Below, one piece after another: positions 12,811 through 26,320 of a stretch of DNA of 64,000 nucleotides. A program made the translations under genes and the position numbers. Below the pieces are notes generated by a model. It worked only from the letters and a program-made list of their open reading frames with translations. It was not told where the DNA came from and made no database searches. Each line of letters begins with the position of its first letter. Within the stretch, counting starts at the first letter, position 1. The DNA is taken from contig NC_043012.1 of assembly GCF_006345805.1 (NCBI RefSeq), positions 10,106,001 through 10,170,000 of the forward strand, given 5' to 3'. This DNA is from Octopus sinensis. Its lineage: Eukaryota.

Positions 12811-12930
12811 GTCTGTCTGTCTGCCTGCTTGTCTATCTGTCTGTCTGTATGTATGTATGTATGTATGTCTGCCTGTTTGTCTGCCTGACTGTCTGTATGT
12901 ATGTATATATGTATGTATGTATGTGTGTGT
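12716..12930. repeat. (ATCT)n/(GTCT)n/(ATGT)n tetranucleotide array
   Basis: Direct inspection; (TAGA)n also at ~62465-62560. Confidence 0.95.
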
Positions 12931-13157
12931 ATAACCGAAAAGACTTTGCGTTTTCAACTCTTGTATTATTTAGTAGTAGCGGTAAAAAGAGTACAGTTTG
13001 CTGAGCGATAGGAAAACATCCAGCTTTTCCTACATGATGGAAGTTAATGAAAAAGATCGACATGACGGAAATTAATGAGAAACAGCATAGTTTTTCATCC
13101 TACATTGTAATATATGCAAAACTTAAAGCGGCAAACTGGCAGAAGCTTCACTGCTCC

Positions 13158-13573
13158 GGCGGCGAGCTGGCAGAAACGTTAGCACGCCGGGCGAAATGCG
13201 TAGCAGTATTTCGTCTGCCGCTACGTTCTGATTTCAAATTCCGCCGAGGTCGACTTTGCCTTTCATCCTTTCGGGGTCAATAAATTAAGTACCAGCTACG
13301 GACTGGGGTCGATGTAATCGACTTAATACCTATGTCTGTCCTTGTTTGTCCCCTCTGTGTTTAGCTCCTTTTGGGTAGTAAAGAAACAGGTATTTCGTCT
13401 GCCGCTACGTTCTGATTTCAAATTACGCCGAGGTCGACTTTGCCTTTCATCCTTTCGGGGTCGATAAATTAAGTACCAGTTATGCATTGGGGTTGATGTA
13501 ATCGACTTAATGCCTTTGTCTATCCTTGTTTGTCCCCTCTGCGTTTAGCCCCTTGTGGGCAATAAAGAAATAA
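13158..13573 (+). mobile_element. SINE family B, partial tandem
   Basis: Full unit plus a head-truncated second unit; degenerate third unit to ~13760. Confidence 0.9.
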
Positions 13574-13964
13574 GAAGTCTCACTCTTCCGGGCAAAATGC
13601 TTAGCAGCATCTCATCTGTCTTGATGCTCTGAGTTCAAATTCGACTTTACTTTTTTTCATTTCGTAGTCGATAAAATAAGTACCATTGTAGTACTAGGAC
13701 CGATATAATCATCCAGCTTATCCGCTCCCCTGAAATTACTGGTATCGTGACAAAATTTAAAATTCATATATGTAAATCTTGTGATATTCTTAGTAGCATA
13801 CTAGAACGTATGAGTGGTGTATCATATTCAAACTCGGTGTCGCGTCACGAAAATATACACATGTATAGAAAGAGAGAGAGAAAGAAACGTAGGAAAGTAG
13901 GAACTAGAAAGTATGTGAGAAATAGGAAGAAAGCAGAAATACGGAAACGCATAAAGTTTCTTTT

Positions 13965-14366
13965 TTTTTACTTGTTTCAGTCATTTGACTGCGGCCATGC
14001 TGGAGCACCGCCTTTAGTCGAGTAAATCGACCCCATGACTTATTCTTTGTAAGCCGAGTACTTATTCTGTCGGTCTCTTTTGCCGAACCGCTAAGTTACG
14101 GGGACGTAAACACACCAGCATCGGTTGTCAAGCGATGTTGGGGGGACAAACACAGACACACAAACACACACACAAATATATATATATACATACATATATA
14201 TATATATATACGACGGGCTTCTTTCAGTTTCCGTCTAATAAATCCACTCACAGGGCTTTAGTTGGCCCGAGGCTATAGTAGAAGACACTTGCCCAAGGTG
14301 CCACGCAGTGGGACTGAACCCGGAACCATGTTGTTGGTATGCCAGCTAATTACCACACAGCCACTC
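13965..14366 (-). mobile_element. SINE family C
   Basis: Full-length reverse complement of 61862-62275. Confidence 0.92.
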
Positions 14367-14842
14367 GTTTCATCGTAATGATGAAAAGCAAAGTCGACCT
14401 CAGCGCAATTTGAAATATAGTTGTAAATAATGAAAGCAAATGAAAGTTACGGTGGAGTTTTGTCTGTACGGACTTAAATTGTAAATAATGAGAATACATT
14501 TCTATATTTTAAATTTTTTATCGTAAATAATGAAAAGAAATTGACTTTATTGTAGGATATTTATCTGTGGATAGTTTGCTTTTGTGTGCGTGACATTATT
14601 GTCTTTCTATCTTTTGGCTTTCCGGTTCGCCTGGTTATTTGTCTGAATGTTGCCGTCTTCTTATTATTGAAGTCTGTTGGTGTTGCTTCTGTTCTCATTA
14701 CTGAACACCCATGCGTAGTTTTCTACGGGAGATCTCATCACACGCATACATGCGCATTCGCGCATACACACATGTACACATACACAAACACATACACACA
14801 CACACAAACACTCACGCGCACACGCGCAAACATATATATATA

Positions 14843-15030
14843 TCACGTGAGCACGTGACCGACCAGACCATCAGATGTAGTTACACATCGCTGGTCACAA
14901 TGCGTTCGCATTGTTTTAGCCTTCGAATGACGCCACCCCGCTGGCTAAGCGAGCAGGCCGACAGAAGAAAGAGTGGGAGAAAGTTGTGGTGAAAGAGTAC
15001 AGCAGGGATCACCCCCCCTGCCGGAGCCTT
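14843..15030 (+). repeat. Short interspersed repeat starting with a double CACGTG
   Basis: Second copy in opposite orientation at 38514-38628; contains hairpin ACAATGCG-TT-CGCATTGT; starts at (TA)n. A related GAAAGAGTACA.CAGGG tail occurs at ~51660-51690. Confidence 0.75.
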
Positions 15031-15060
15031 TTATTATATATATTATTATTATATTATTAT

Positions 15061-15098
<38 letters not shown>

Positions 15099-15155
15099 TT
15101 ATATATTGAATTCAATTCGTCCCTAGTCGAAAAACGCCTGTTGTTGTGTCATGTT

Positions 15156-15386
15156 AGGCGGTGAGCTGGCTGAAAAGTTACCACGCCGGGAGAAATGCTT
15201 AGCAGTATTTCGTCTGCCGCTACGTTCTGAGTTCAAATTCCGCCGAGGTCGACTTTGCCTTTCATCCTTTCGGGGTCGATAAATTAAGTACCAGTGAAAC
15301 ACTGGTGTAGATATAATTGACTTAATCCCTTTGTCTCTCCTTGTTTGCCCCCTCTGTGTTTAGCCCCTTGTGAGTAGTAAAGAAAT
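15156..15386 (+). mobile_element. SINE family B
   Basis: Aligns to 13158-13388. Confidence 0.9.
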
Positions 15387-15470
15387 ATGATTATTATTAT
15401 TTTTATTATTGTTGTTGTTGTTGTTGTTGTTGTTCTTCTTCTTCTTCTTCTTCTTCTTCTTCTCCTTCTT

Positions 15471-15501
<31 letters not shown>

Positions 15502-15545
15502 TTATTATTATTATCATTATTATTATTATTATTGTTATTATTATT
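15386..15545. repeat. Compound triplet array (ATT/GTT/CTT)n
   Basis: Direct inspection. Similar arrays at ~22205-22340, 24538-24580, 27997-28060, 31310-31410 and 33320-33410. Confidence 0.95.
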
Positions 15546-15630
15546 ATTAATGTATTATTATTGTATTTTTGTATTTATATTCGTGTAACATCGCCTGTAG
15601 AATGTAACTATCTTGATAATATGCACATGG

Positions 15631-15865
15631 AAGGCGGCGAGCTGGCAGAATCGTTAGCTCGCCAGGCGAAATGCTTAGCAATATTTCTTCGGCCAATACG
15701 TTCTGAGTTCAAATTCCGCCGAGGTCGACTTTGCCTTTCATCCTTTCGGGGTCGATTAAATAATTACCAGTTGCGCAATGGGGTCCATGTAATTGACTTA
15801 ATCCGTTTGTTTGTCCTTGCTTGTCCCCTCTGTGTTTGACCCCTTGTGGGCATTAAAGAAATAAA
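15631..15865 (+). mobile_element. SINE family B
   Basis: Aligns to 13158-13388. Confidence 0.9.
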
Positions 15866-16075
15866 TATGCACATGGAATGTTGTATCATTAATCATATGA
15901 AACCCCAGGTGACACACCAGTTTTAATTTTAGGATTGCACTACCCCCTGATCCTATGTATTCCGATTGTAGTCTGTTTTGTGGCCGATAGTGGTGTGCTT
16001 GAAAATGAGCATGTTATTTTCATCAACACTTTTGTATGTATATCGTGTTTGTGTGTGTCTGTTTGTTTGTTTGTT

Positions 16076-16119
<44 letters not shown>

Positions 16120-17285
16120 TGTGTGTTTGTGTGTGTTTGTGTGTGTGTGTGTGTGTGTGTCCATATAAGATTAAAATCAGATTGAATCTTGCTTGCAATG
16201 TTACTCAGCCAAACTGGCGCTTAATAGGGAAAATAGCATGAATTAATTTTACATTGAAATGTTAATACGAACAGAATGTACCAAGTTTCACGTAAATCGG
16301 TAAAGTGCTTTCGAGATTATAGAGGTTCTTGGGGCGTAAATGTCTAAAACGGTGCATAATGGAAAAATCTTCCGAATGGAATCTTCATCATGAAAGGGAA
16401 GAAATTATTTTCTTTCTATCAGACACAGTGGGGTAACAACGAAAAAATACGAGTTGTTTTTACAGTAAATGTTTCTGTCTTTCGCTTTTATTAAATACAA
16501 TATTTTAATCTTTTAGAAATATTTTAAGTGAATGTGATATCAAAAATGTAATTTGGTTGTACAGTAAGTATTTACATTTTAGCTTTTTTAAGCAGAAAAT
16601 ATTTCAATGTTTTTTCTATAAATTATTTTCAAGTGAATATCATTGTAACATATTTTTCGCATATTTAAAAAATATTCCAAAGCGAAAATACTATAAAAAT
16701 ACGGTAAATATTTCGTAAAAGACCCCTTTGTAACCTCAGTGTGAAATAGTTTTTTACATAGGGTTTTATCGAGTGCATTCAACGTATTTTAACTCCAAAA
16801 TTTGGCTGGTATTTCTAACGCGCCCTGCTACCTCGTAACAGCTATCTGTTAACTGATAAAAGGGCGTGCAAGCAATAGCAGCCAAATCGTTCTTTTCCTA
16901 GGAAAAGAACCGATGTCACATTCATTCAAAGCATGCGGAATAACCTGGAAAAGGAAAAATAACCTCACGAAACAAAAATCCGTTGCTGGTAAACTCAGAG
17001 TTTCCGGTGGCACAACGGGTCAGGGGTATACTGTTCTATATCTTTAATAACCTAAGAGATTAGTGAGTCAAACTCATACAAACTCATGCCAGTGTACTCA
17101 CTAATCACGGAGTCTAATTTAAATTTCGAATCTATATTTCAAAGAATTGGACATGCTAGACATATTTCCTTAACTGCCATTGCGCCCATGATATTAAGGC
17201 AGCACAACGTCTCATTGTTGAACAGTATATTTTAAAACAAATAACTGAGTCAATTCTTGTCTTGTCGTGCTAATACATTTTGCTT

Positions 17286-17667
17286 GGAGGCGCAATGGCC
17301 CAGTGGTTAGGGCAGCGGACTCGCGATCGTAGGATCGCGGTTTCGATTCCCAGACCGGGCGTTGTGAGTGTTTATTGAGCGAAAACACCTAAAGCTCCAC
17401 GAGGTTCCGGCAGTGATGGTGGTGATCCCTGCTGTACTCTTTCGCCACAACTTTCTTTCACTCTTACTTCCTGTTTCTGTTGTACCTGTATTTCAAAGGG
17501 CCGGCCTTGTCACTCTCTGTGTCACGCTGAATATCCCCGAGAACTACGTTAAGGGTACACGTATCTGTGGAGTGCTCAGCCACTTACACGTTAATTTCAC
17601 GAGCAGGCTGTTCCGTTGATCGGATCAACCGGAACCCTCGTCGTCGTAACCGACGGAGTGCTTCCAC
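17286..17667 (+). mobile_element. SINE family A variant
   Basis: tRNA-like head with A and B boxes; same 3' body as 12342-12660. Confidence 0.85.
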
Positions 17668-18237
17668 AATACATTTTGCATCCAGTCGACAATCTTAGAT
17701 CTATGGTTCATTACTGAGCCGGCAAATTTAATTTTTACAATGTGCTTATTTTTTTATCTATTTATCTCCCATTAAATCTGCTCATAATGCTTATATGTAC
17801 GTTTCTTACTGGTTTCTTCATTGCTGTTAACTGCTCTCTGCCTGAATCACATATCACTACTGATCTTGCTGTTTCATGTAATCCATTCATCACCTTTTCT
17901 TTTCTCTATCAGCATATCACGTGTTTGAACGAACATTCTTGCTTCCAAGTTTAGGTCACCGCATTATTTTAACTGATTTAATACCAATTCATCTTCTATG
18001 TTCGAGTATTATCTGTAGCTAAGTTTCTTGTTGATCATCTGCAACGTACATTATGAGATCTTTCAGACAAAGTATGGTTGATTTTCCTACAATCGTATCT
18101 TCTATAATATTATTGAATCTTGTTTTATTGCTTTTATGTCAAAGATCTTGGGTTGGAAAGAAGGAACCGCATTAAAATATTCTTAGTGTATTCCTCTTAA
18201 ATTAGATATACAAGAAATCTATATAATTTTTTTGGGG

Positions 18238-18354
18238 GGGGAGTGGCTGAGTGGTAAGAAGCTTGCTTTCCAATCACATGGTTCCGGTTTCAGTCCCACA
18301 AATGTCTTGTACTGTATCCTCGATCCACCCGAAGCCTTGTGAGTGGATTTGGTT

Positions 18355-18406
<52 letters not shown>

Positions 18407-18530
18407 CATACATATATATATATATATATATGTATATGTATATGTATATATACATACTAATACAATTGTTTGTTTGTATTCCACCTGCCTTCGTATTTTG
18501 TCTATTTTCATAAAGCTTCCCGTTATATAC

Positions 18531-18603
<73 letters not shown>

Positions 18604-18836
18604 CATGTATATATATATATATATATATACACATATATACATTTGTACCTGTCCCCCACCATTGCTTGACAATCGATGTTGGTGTATTTATGCCACCGCA
18701 ACGTAGCGGTCCGGCAAAGGGTACTAGGCTTACAAAGAATAAGTACTGTGGTCTATTTGTTTTAACTAAAACCCCTTAGTGTGTTGCTCCAGCACGGCCG
18801 CACTCAAGTAACTGAAACAAAGAAAAGAATATAAGA
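18238..18836 (+). mobile_element. SINE family C with expanded internal microsatellites
   Basis: Head and tail blocks separated by (CA)n/(TA)n. Confidence 0.8.
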
Positions 18837-18869
18837 ATCCTCTTACGCACACATAGATTACCATTTACT

Positions 18870-19960
18870 TATGGTATATACATATTGGTGCTACAGTGTC
18901 ATTTTAGTTATTTCTAATATTTAGAGGAACCACATACACAGACCATTGTCAAAAATCCTGCAGTCACTTAGACATACACCCATACGAGCTTTGGCTGTCT
19001 TCCTTACTGCTCTTCTGGATGCACTTAATTTTTCCAGAGCTTTATGTATTGGTCCCCATATCAGTGTATTTGAAGCTTTGTAAACTGTAAGAAGTTAAAT
19101 TTCGGCTTTCTAGCTCTCACTTTTTCATGGAGCCTTCAGTCTTGGGATTAATATAAGTTTCCCCTCAGTGTCCATCACATATTATTTTTGGTTCTTTCCT
19201 CTATCTTCGCTTCATATATGTTCCAGTCTATTATTTTCACTGAGTGTTTCCGTTTCTATCAATTCGTGTCATCTAGTCGTGTACTTGTTTTCAACTACTT
19301 CACCTGAGATGTCATCGATATTTGCACAGGTATTGCGTTTATTGTATTCAACAATCATAACCATGGGGATTCCGGAATTCTCAGATATATGATGCTGGCA
19401 CAAAATTGATTTCTATTATATTTTAACTCAGTTCTTGATAAAATAATCTTGCACTGGTTTGGAATAGTTTGGTTTGTTGAAAGGAATTTTGTCGATTTTC
19501 CTGCCGCCAGATATTTTCATTTGAGCAATGATCGGTTTCTAAGGCGCTCTTTGATGTCAGAGGCTCTCTTTCCTCACATTATCTTTCCTCTTTTATACCT
19601 TTGTGATTGATTTCATAATCGACTGTGGAATATTTTGTTCTATTTTCGACTTCTTCGAGTTTTGCTTCTGGTTTTCTTTAAATGCTGTTCTCAATATCGT
19701 TTTCTTGGAATCCTGTTATTCCCAAATAAAATGTTCTGTTCATTCCTAATAATTACATTTCTATAATGTTATTTGAAACCCATCCTTTCTCAGCAACAAC
19801 GAAACTGTGTGTCTTCCTTGCAATGATTTGCTCTTCAAAATGTTTACCCACTCGCTTTATAACTGTTCATTACAATCTTTGACTTTATTTTTCTTGTTCG
19901 TTCATTTCTTGTTTATACTTCTCGTAAGTATGATGTTTTTTTGTATTTATTTTCATTATC
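18870..19960 (-). mobile_element. Heavily decayed R4/Dong-like RT fragment
   Basis: Residual motifs QTKLFQTSARLFYQEL and a degenerate D...FD...W..IL (DYxKAFD-like) near 18950. Confidence 0.45.
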
Positions 19961-20883
19961 TCACCTTGCTACGCATGTTTTAGTCATAGGTTTTTGCCTG
20001 CTCCCTTTTAAAAATACGTTCTATGTTCCCTTTTAAATACGTTCTATGTTTCCTTTTAAGAATACGTTCCATGTAACAAATTCTAAAAAACCATTTCTAT
20101 TTTAGCCTGAGTCTAAATATGATGTTGTAGGTATTGGTGTTGGAAGTTAACATAATCTCCATAGTATTGATATGAACTGCGCTTCGTCATTTACACGCGG
20201 CAGCTATCAGGCATCAAGTAAGGGCATTTATTAAACATTCATTAGACGAAGTAATCATTAGCAATTTTTTAAAGTTTGTCAGAATGTGACATAATTATGT
20301 AGTCTTTTCGTAGTTTCCCTTCGTTAGTATTTAATCAATATATAAGGATAGTTTTCGCTAAATCGAGAGGCTATCCACTTTATCGTGTTAAACATTTCAT
20401 GACGCCTCGTTTTGATGAGTGTATTTCTGTGCTCTGATTTAATTCCATTCTTTTTAACACTCATTCATAGTTGTATGGGTCTTAGGTATATCTCAAGTTT
20501 GGTTTTCTTATATTGTCTGATGTATTGACGATGCTTTTATTGTCTGCCGAGCCATCACTTATCAGGAGAGGATCCCGTTTTAGCAGTCTATTTTTTTATG
20601 AGGATGGTGGCACCAATATCGCATAACGTTTGCTCTTCTTATAATTGGGCAGGCGTTTTTATACTGAGGGTTTGATAAGGATTCCTGTCATAAAATATGA
20701 CAGATTTTGCTCTTTTGATATCTTGGATTAATTATTTTCTGTTAGATTTCCGTTTAGATATTTCGTTGCTCAGTGGTGCTCATATATTTAGGAAATATAT
20801 AAACACCATTACCGTTTTAATATATTCATCTGTTTTACGGATTATAGGATCTTATTCTGTTGTCTATATTGATAATGTATGAT

Positions 20884-21290
20884 GCAATCGATTTCGACTA
20901 GTAACAATAACTCCGAGCACCTTTTCAAACTACACCTGTCTAACACCCGTGGACATGTTTACAAAGTCAGAAAACAGCACAGCTCCCATGACTTTCGGAA
21001 ACATTTTTTCACGCTAAGAGTTGCTGAAACATGGAACAAACTGCCGGCATCAGTTGTTAGTTGTCGGAGCACTGCATCCTTCAAAACTTCCATGCTTCCT
21101 GAGATTCGCCAACACTACACCTAATTTTCTCCCCTCCATACACACGCAAGCATGTATCTGGCTCATACGCTGTTCACTTCCCAGACATTTGCACATTACT
21201 GAATATGCTTTATACGCACTTTTGACAGGTTGTGGTGCACCTGGGCACTGTATAAAATAATTTCATCATTATTATTTTTCATTATTATAT
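20884..21290 (+). mobile_element. CR1-clade LINE 3' end
   Basis: NTRGHVYKVRK...RKHFFTLRVAETWNKLPASVV...SFK, followed by a 3' UTR and an (ATT)n-like tail. Confidence 0.85.
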
Positions 21291-22246
21291 AAATTTTATC
21301 ATATCCTTCTATGCTAACCCTAATTTCCGAGTATTTACAGCTGCTTTTATAGACAGTTTTCTGTTAGATTACTGCTTCACATTTGACTTTTATAATTTTA
21401 GTCATTCAGTGTAAATCATTTTAGTACCGAATATTTAATCTTTTCTGGAGGATATCCAAGCTTTTATTTATGAAATATTTTGCGGAGAATATCTTCGGTA
21501 AAAGAAAAAGAAAATCATAAAAAAATTATAGAGTTTATATGTATCCTGCCAACATATATATCTGATAGGTGTAATCAATATTCCCATTATCACTCCCTCA
21601 CACGCTCTGTCAGATATTCTTCTATCTGACTGAATAAGTACGGCGTAGCTGTCTACTTTGAAGATGCTATTGAAAATATCTATTATGTACAACTTGACAC
21701 TCTTCACCGATAGTCTAATGTAAATCAGTTCGTCTGTATGATAAATCAACATAAATAGCACCCAGCATATCTTCTCAAATAATAGTTATACATGGTATTT
21801 CATATTCATAATATACCGAGCATATTGATGCCGTAGTCCCTACAGAAAACATCTACATAATAAATATATGAAAAAGCTATCCATGAAGTTAAGAATCATG
21901 TGATTTTGACAGATCCCATAGAAGCTGTCAAAGTTTTGCAGAGTAAAACAGATGAGAAATCAAAGGACATCTACTGTATTATATATGTGTTTTGACAAAT
22001 ACCAAAGGAGGACATATAGGCGTTACGTTGGCAGTAATTCAAAACAAATTGTATTGGCTTCAGATTTTTTAAATTTGCAAAATATATTTTTGAAGTAACT
22101 AAAAGTGTTCAGTTTTGTGTCCATCTTAACAGGAAATTGACATCGACTATTATGTTTATATGGCGGCAAATTCGTTGGCACAAGATTGCTGGCCTTGTGC
22201 CCAAATTATTATTATTATTATTATAATTATTATTATTATTATTATT

Positions 22247-22285
<39 letters not shown>

Positions 22286-22719
22286 ATTATTATTATTATT
22301 ATTATTGTTGTTGTTGTTGTTGTTGTTATTATTATTATTATCCTTTTGTCAGCCCACCGCTCATATTGACAAAAGTGCTCGACTGGCTCTTGATTTATCG
22401 ATCCTGAAAGGACGAAAATTAAAGTCCACCTCGGCGAAATTTGGACTCAAAACGTAAAGATGGACGAAGTGTATACACACACTTACAGTACCTTGGGCAA
22501 ATGTTTTCTACTATAGCGTCGGGTGGACCAAACCCTTGTGAGGAAATTTGGTAGACGGAAACCGAAAGAAGCTCGTCGCATATATATATATATATATATA
22601 AATTAGAAAGAAAACACATTTTATCAATTCAATAATGAAAAATTAGATTATACCATTTAGAAAATTACATCTTTTAGAAAGATTAAATATAAGATAAAAC
22701 ATATAACATTGATTAAGTA

Positions 22720-23345
22720 ATGTGCAAAGCGCTTTGAGCAAAGATACCGTATCAAATTCTACCCAAAACTTGGAGATACGCCAGTCCAGATTATCGAGAA
22801 TTGGCAGAAGGCTTTGGGGATGATGCTATGGGAAAAGCTCAAATAAAGGAGTGGTACAACCGGTTTAAAGATTGCCGCACCTCAGTAGAATATGAACCAC
22901 GCCGTAGCCGACCATTGACTGGCAGAAACGATGAAATGATTGCAAAGGTTCGAAGAATAGTCAAGGAAGATCGTCGTGTGACTACTGCGGAGATTGTTGC
23001 TGAAGTTGGAATCAGCCATGGGGCAGTTCAGTTCAGTCATTTCAATCTGCCCAGGTCGTCCAAGCATTTCTCTTCTGGCAAAACACACTACTGGTTCTTC
23101 AGGCTTCCTACTCACCAGACTTGGCGCCATGTGACATTTGGCTTTTCCCAAAGCTAAAAAAAAGGCATTCAAAGGGAGAACATTTGAGTCAACAGGGAAT
23201 ATAAAGCAGAATTCGACAGCACAGCTCTACATCATCCTGGTAGAAGTGTGTAGACTCCCAAGGCGAATACTTTGGAGACTAAATCAAAATGAATTTTTAA
23301 ATATTTTTTGGCCAAAGGTCGGATACTTTTTAACTATACCTCGTA
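22720..23345 (+). mobile_element. Internally deleted mariner transposon remnant
   Basis: HTH region (FGDDAMGKAQIKEWYNRFK...RP...VRRIVKEDRRVT) joined to SPDLAPCD.WLFPKLK; 3' TIR-like GGATACTTTTTAACTATACCTCG+TA. 5' TIR not found. Confidence 0.85.
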
Positions 23346-24023
23346 CATGTGTATGTAACTTTACTCAGTGTATTTCGAAAGATTGCACGTACATGTCAAC
23401 GGATACGGTGTGTAAGTATCAATTAAAATTGTTCATCTACTCCGTGGAAATACGTTGATGAACATATAACCATAGAAAAACGCCTATAATCTCCGCTGTA
23501 AAGGCCAACAAATAACGTGGCAAAAGAGGAATTGTGTCGTGGAACTGCATACTAAAAGCATCTTTTATTTTTACTACAGGAATATTTCGAAAATTTGAGT
23601 CGTAAAGAGGAAATGGTGGTTATTCAAATATATTTAATCTGTAGTTTTGTGTGCGAATATAGGGGAATTTAGGGATTTCGTGAATATCTTTTAATGATAG
23701 CATGGTGTGAGTGATAATTGATAATTGGTCCCATTGATCTTTATTTTATTATTCCACCGTAGTAAAACGAAGTGCAGGCCATGCAAATGAATGGATTAGA
23801 AGTTTTAATGTAAAGATTGATATGACATACAGAATCAATTAATGATATTGACAGAATTTGGCAAATGTAATGAAAGCGGAATTTAGGGTTGAGATTGGAA
23901 GGGAAGGTACGATGGATGTGAATAACATTAAATAACAAAATGTAAACACAATATACATATATATCGACAGACACACACATACACACACACACGCACACAT
24001 ACACACACACACGCACACATACA

Positions 24024-24380
24024 TCATCATCATCATCATCGTCGTTTAACGTCCGTTCTCCATGCTAGCATGGGTTGGACGGTTCGACCGGGGTTCTGGG
24101 AAGCCAGAAGGCTGCACCAGGCTCCAGTCTAATTTGGCAATGTTTCTACAGCTGGATGCCCTTCCTAACGCCAACCACTCCGTGAGTGTAGTGGGTGCTT
24201 TTTACGTGCCACCTGCACAGGTGCCAGGCGGGGCTGGCAACGGCCACGGTCAGATTGGTGTATTTTATGTGCCACCGGCACGGAAGCCAGTCGAGGCGGT
24301 GCTGGCATCGGCCACGAGTCGGATAGTGCTTTTTACGTACCACCAGACCAGGGATCCTGGCTGGTTCAATTCGATTTCGA
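24024..24380 (-). mobile_element. SINE family D with (GAT)n tail
   Basis: Minus strand ends ...GGACGTTAAACGACGATGATGATG; related plus-strand copy at ~47870-48085 ends ATTAAATGAAGATGATG. Confidence 0.7.
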
Positions 24381-24397
24381 TTTCGCACATGTATAAA

Positions 24398-24477
<80 letters not shown>

Positions 24478-24536
24478 TGTGTGTGTGTGTGTGTGAGTGT
24501 GTATATTTATATATTCTCTGTGTAATAACGATGATC

Positions 24537-24580
<44 letters not shown>

Positions 24581-24852
24581 TTTAAAGCGTATAAATGATC
24601 ACTCTGATTGCGGGGCATATAAGCCTTTGACAGACACAACTTGGTGTTAGTACCCTTGAGAGAGGGTATGTGAATATTCGCTTATAGCGAATATAAGATG
24701 TGTGGGTTCGTTTCCCACTTTGTTGAGCCGAGGTTTTATATTCCCTATTCCCTAAGTTTTGTGGGTAAGGCTAGAACAATGCGAAGTAAATGCAAGGCAA
24801 ATCACAAGACAGAAAGCTGGGGTTAGTTTTTCAGATTACACTTATTCTGAAC

Positions 24853-24931
24853 GATCGTACTGACGAGGCGACGGATATTTGAATTATATAAGTAATTCTT
24901 TTGTTAAAGGCTGAAACCGAGGTATGCGATT
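24853..24931 (+). ncRNA. Type I hammerhead ribozyme (different family)
   Basis: GATCGTA-CTGACGA-GGC...GAATTA TATAAG TAATTC...GCT-GAAA-CC GA GG-TA/TGCGATT. 7-bp stem I; predicted cleavage after A24924. Confidence 0.8.
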
Positions 24932-25192
24932 AATTCGGTTTTTATATCAATTTTCATCTGTCCTGCCCGCCAAATTTGGTTCTGGTGTTCGCTAAATTTT
25001 CCTCTAGAGAATATTCTTTGTAGTTCGATCGTTGGTGATCTATTTCTAGCATGCGGCCGACTACCTAGCAGTCTTGCCTTGTCAATATACACATGTATTA
25101 GAATATTTCTCTGATTTTTCAGAGTTTTGTATGCTAGACTACTGGTTTTAAATTGAAATTAAAATTAATATTAATTTATCTCCCTCATTATT

Positions 25193-25242
<50 letters not shown>

Positions 25243-25247
25243 ATTAT

Positions 25248-25303
<56 letters not shown>

Positions 25304-25402
25304 CATATATATGTATACGTTAGCGTGCTTCAGTTTATAGTACAAAATATTTCGCTGAAAAACAATGTTGCCTACACACAAAATATGCTTTCTGTATGCA
25401 TG

Positions 25403-25433
<31 letters not shown>

Positions 25434-25700
25434 TTAGCAATTAAGGACAACTACTTAATAAGGAAAACTTAACAAGAAATTGTCAGGTAGATAGCGTAAA
25501 AACCTCATAAGAGAAAAAATTTCGAAAATAATTATTTCTTATTGAACATATTAATTTATATATAGAGGGCATTATACATACATGCCAGGAGGCATTATAC
25601 ATACATGCCAAACGATAAGAGGGACAATCAGTCATTTCTACCAAAAATATTACTAATCCACCGAATGCAATTTTTCAAAGTAAGACATTTAAAAATATAG

Positions 25701-25744
25701 ACCTGTATCACAGTGATTTCATACTTACGTAATCATCAGCAGGC
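25701..25744 (-). ncRNA. Type I hammerhead ribozyme, inverted copy
   Basis: Exact reverse complement of 26277-26320. Confidence 0.75.
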
Positions 25745-26276
25745 CTGAATGTATTATAAATAAACAACGACCCTGCCTCGCTTAAGCCGATCAGCTAACT
25801 GATCAACATCAACGAAGCACATGGGTGAGTTTATATATATTACATCCGGGTAAATGTCTTACTTTGAAAAATTGCATTCGGTGGGATTAGTAATATTTTT
25901 GGTAGAAATGACTGATTGTCCCTCTTAGCGTTTGGCATGTATGTATAATGCCTTCTGGCATGTATGTATAATGCCCTCTATATATAAATTAATATGTTCA
26001 ATAAGAAATAATTATTTTCGAAATTTTTTCTCTTATGAGGTTTTTACGCTATCTACCTGACAATTTCTTGTTAAGTTTTCCTTATTAAGTAGTTGTCCTT
26101 AATTGCTAAATTTTTATTCCGAAAAAACTTTTCCTCTCCCGAAATGCAATTCGTAAAAGTTTGCCATTTACCCGGATGTAATATATATAAACTCACCCAT
26201 GTGCTTCGTTGATGTTGATCAGTTAGCTGATCGGCTTAAGCGAGGCAGGGTCGTTGTTTATTTATAATACATTCAG

Positions 26277-26320
26277 GCCTGCTGATGATTACGTAAGTAT
26301 GAAATCACTGTGATACAGGT
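26277..26320 (+). ncRNA. Type I hammerhead ribozyme in the 479-bp unit
   Basis: GCCTG-CTGATGA-T TAC GTAA GTA T-GAAA-TCAC T GTGA-TA/CAGGT. GNRA loop 2; palindromic stem III; the base of stem II is U.U rather than G-C. Confidence 0.75.

Noticed and set aside
19995-20075. Three ~22-bp tandem repeats, and the 22-bp doublet inside the 479-bp unit
   Set aside because: No unique spacers, so not CRISPR; ordinary minisatellite slippage in eukaryotic DNA.
20100-20870. Possible decayed PLE RT/GIY-YIG remnant
   Set aside because: Only scattered weak motif resemblances, on conflicting strands.
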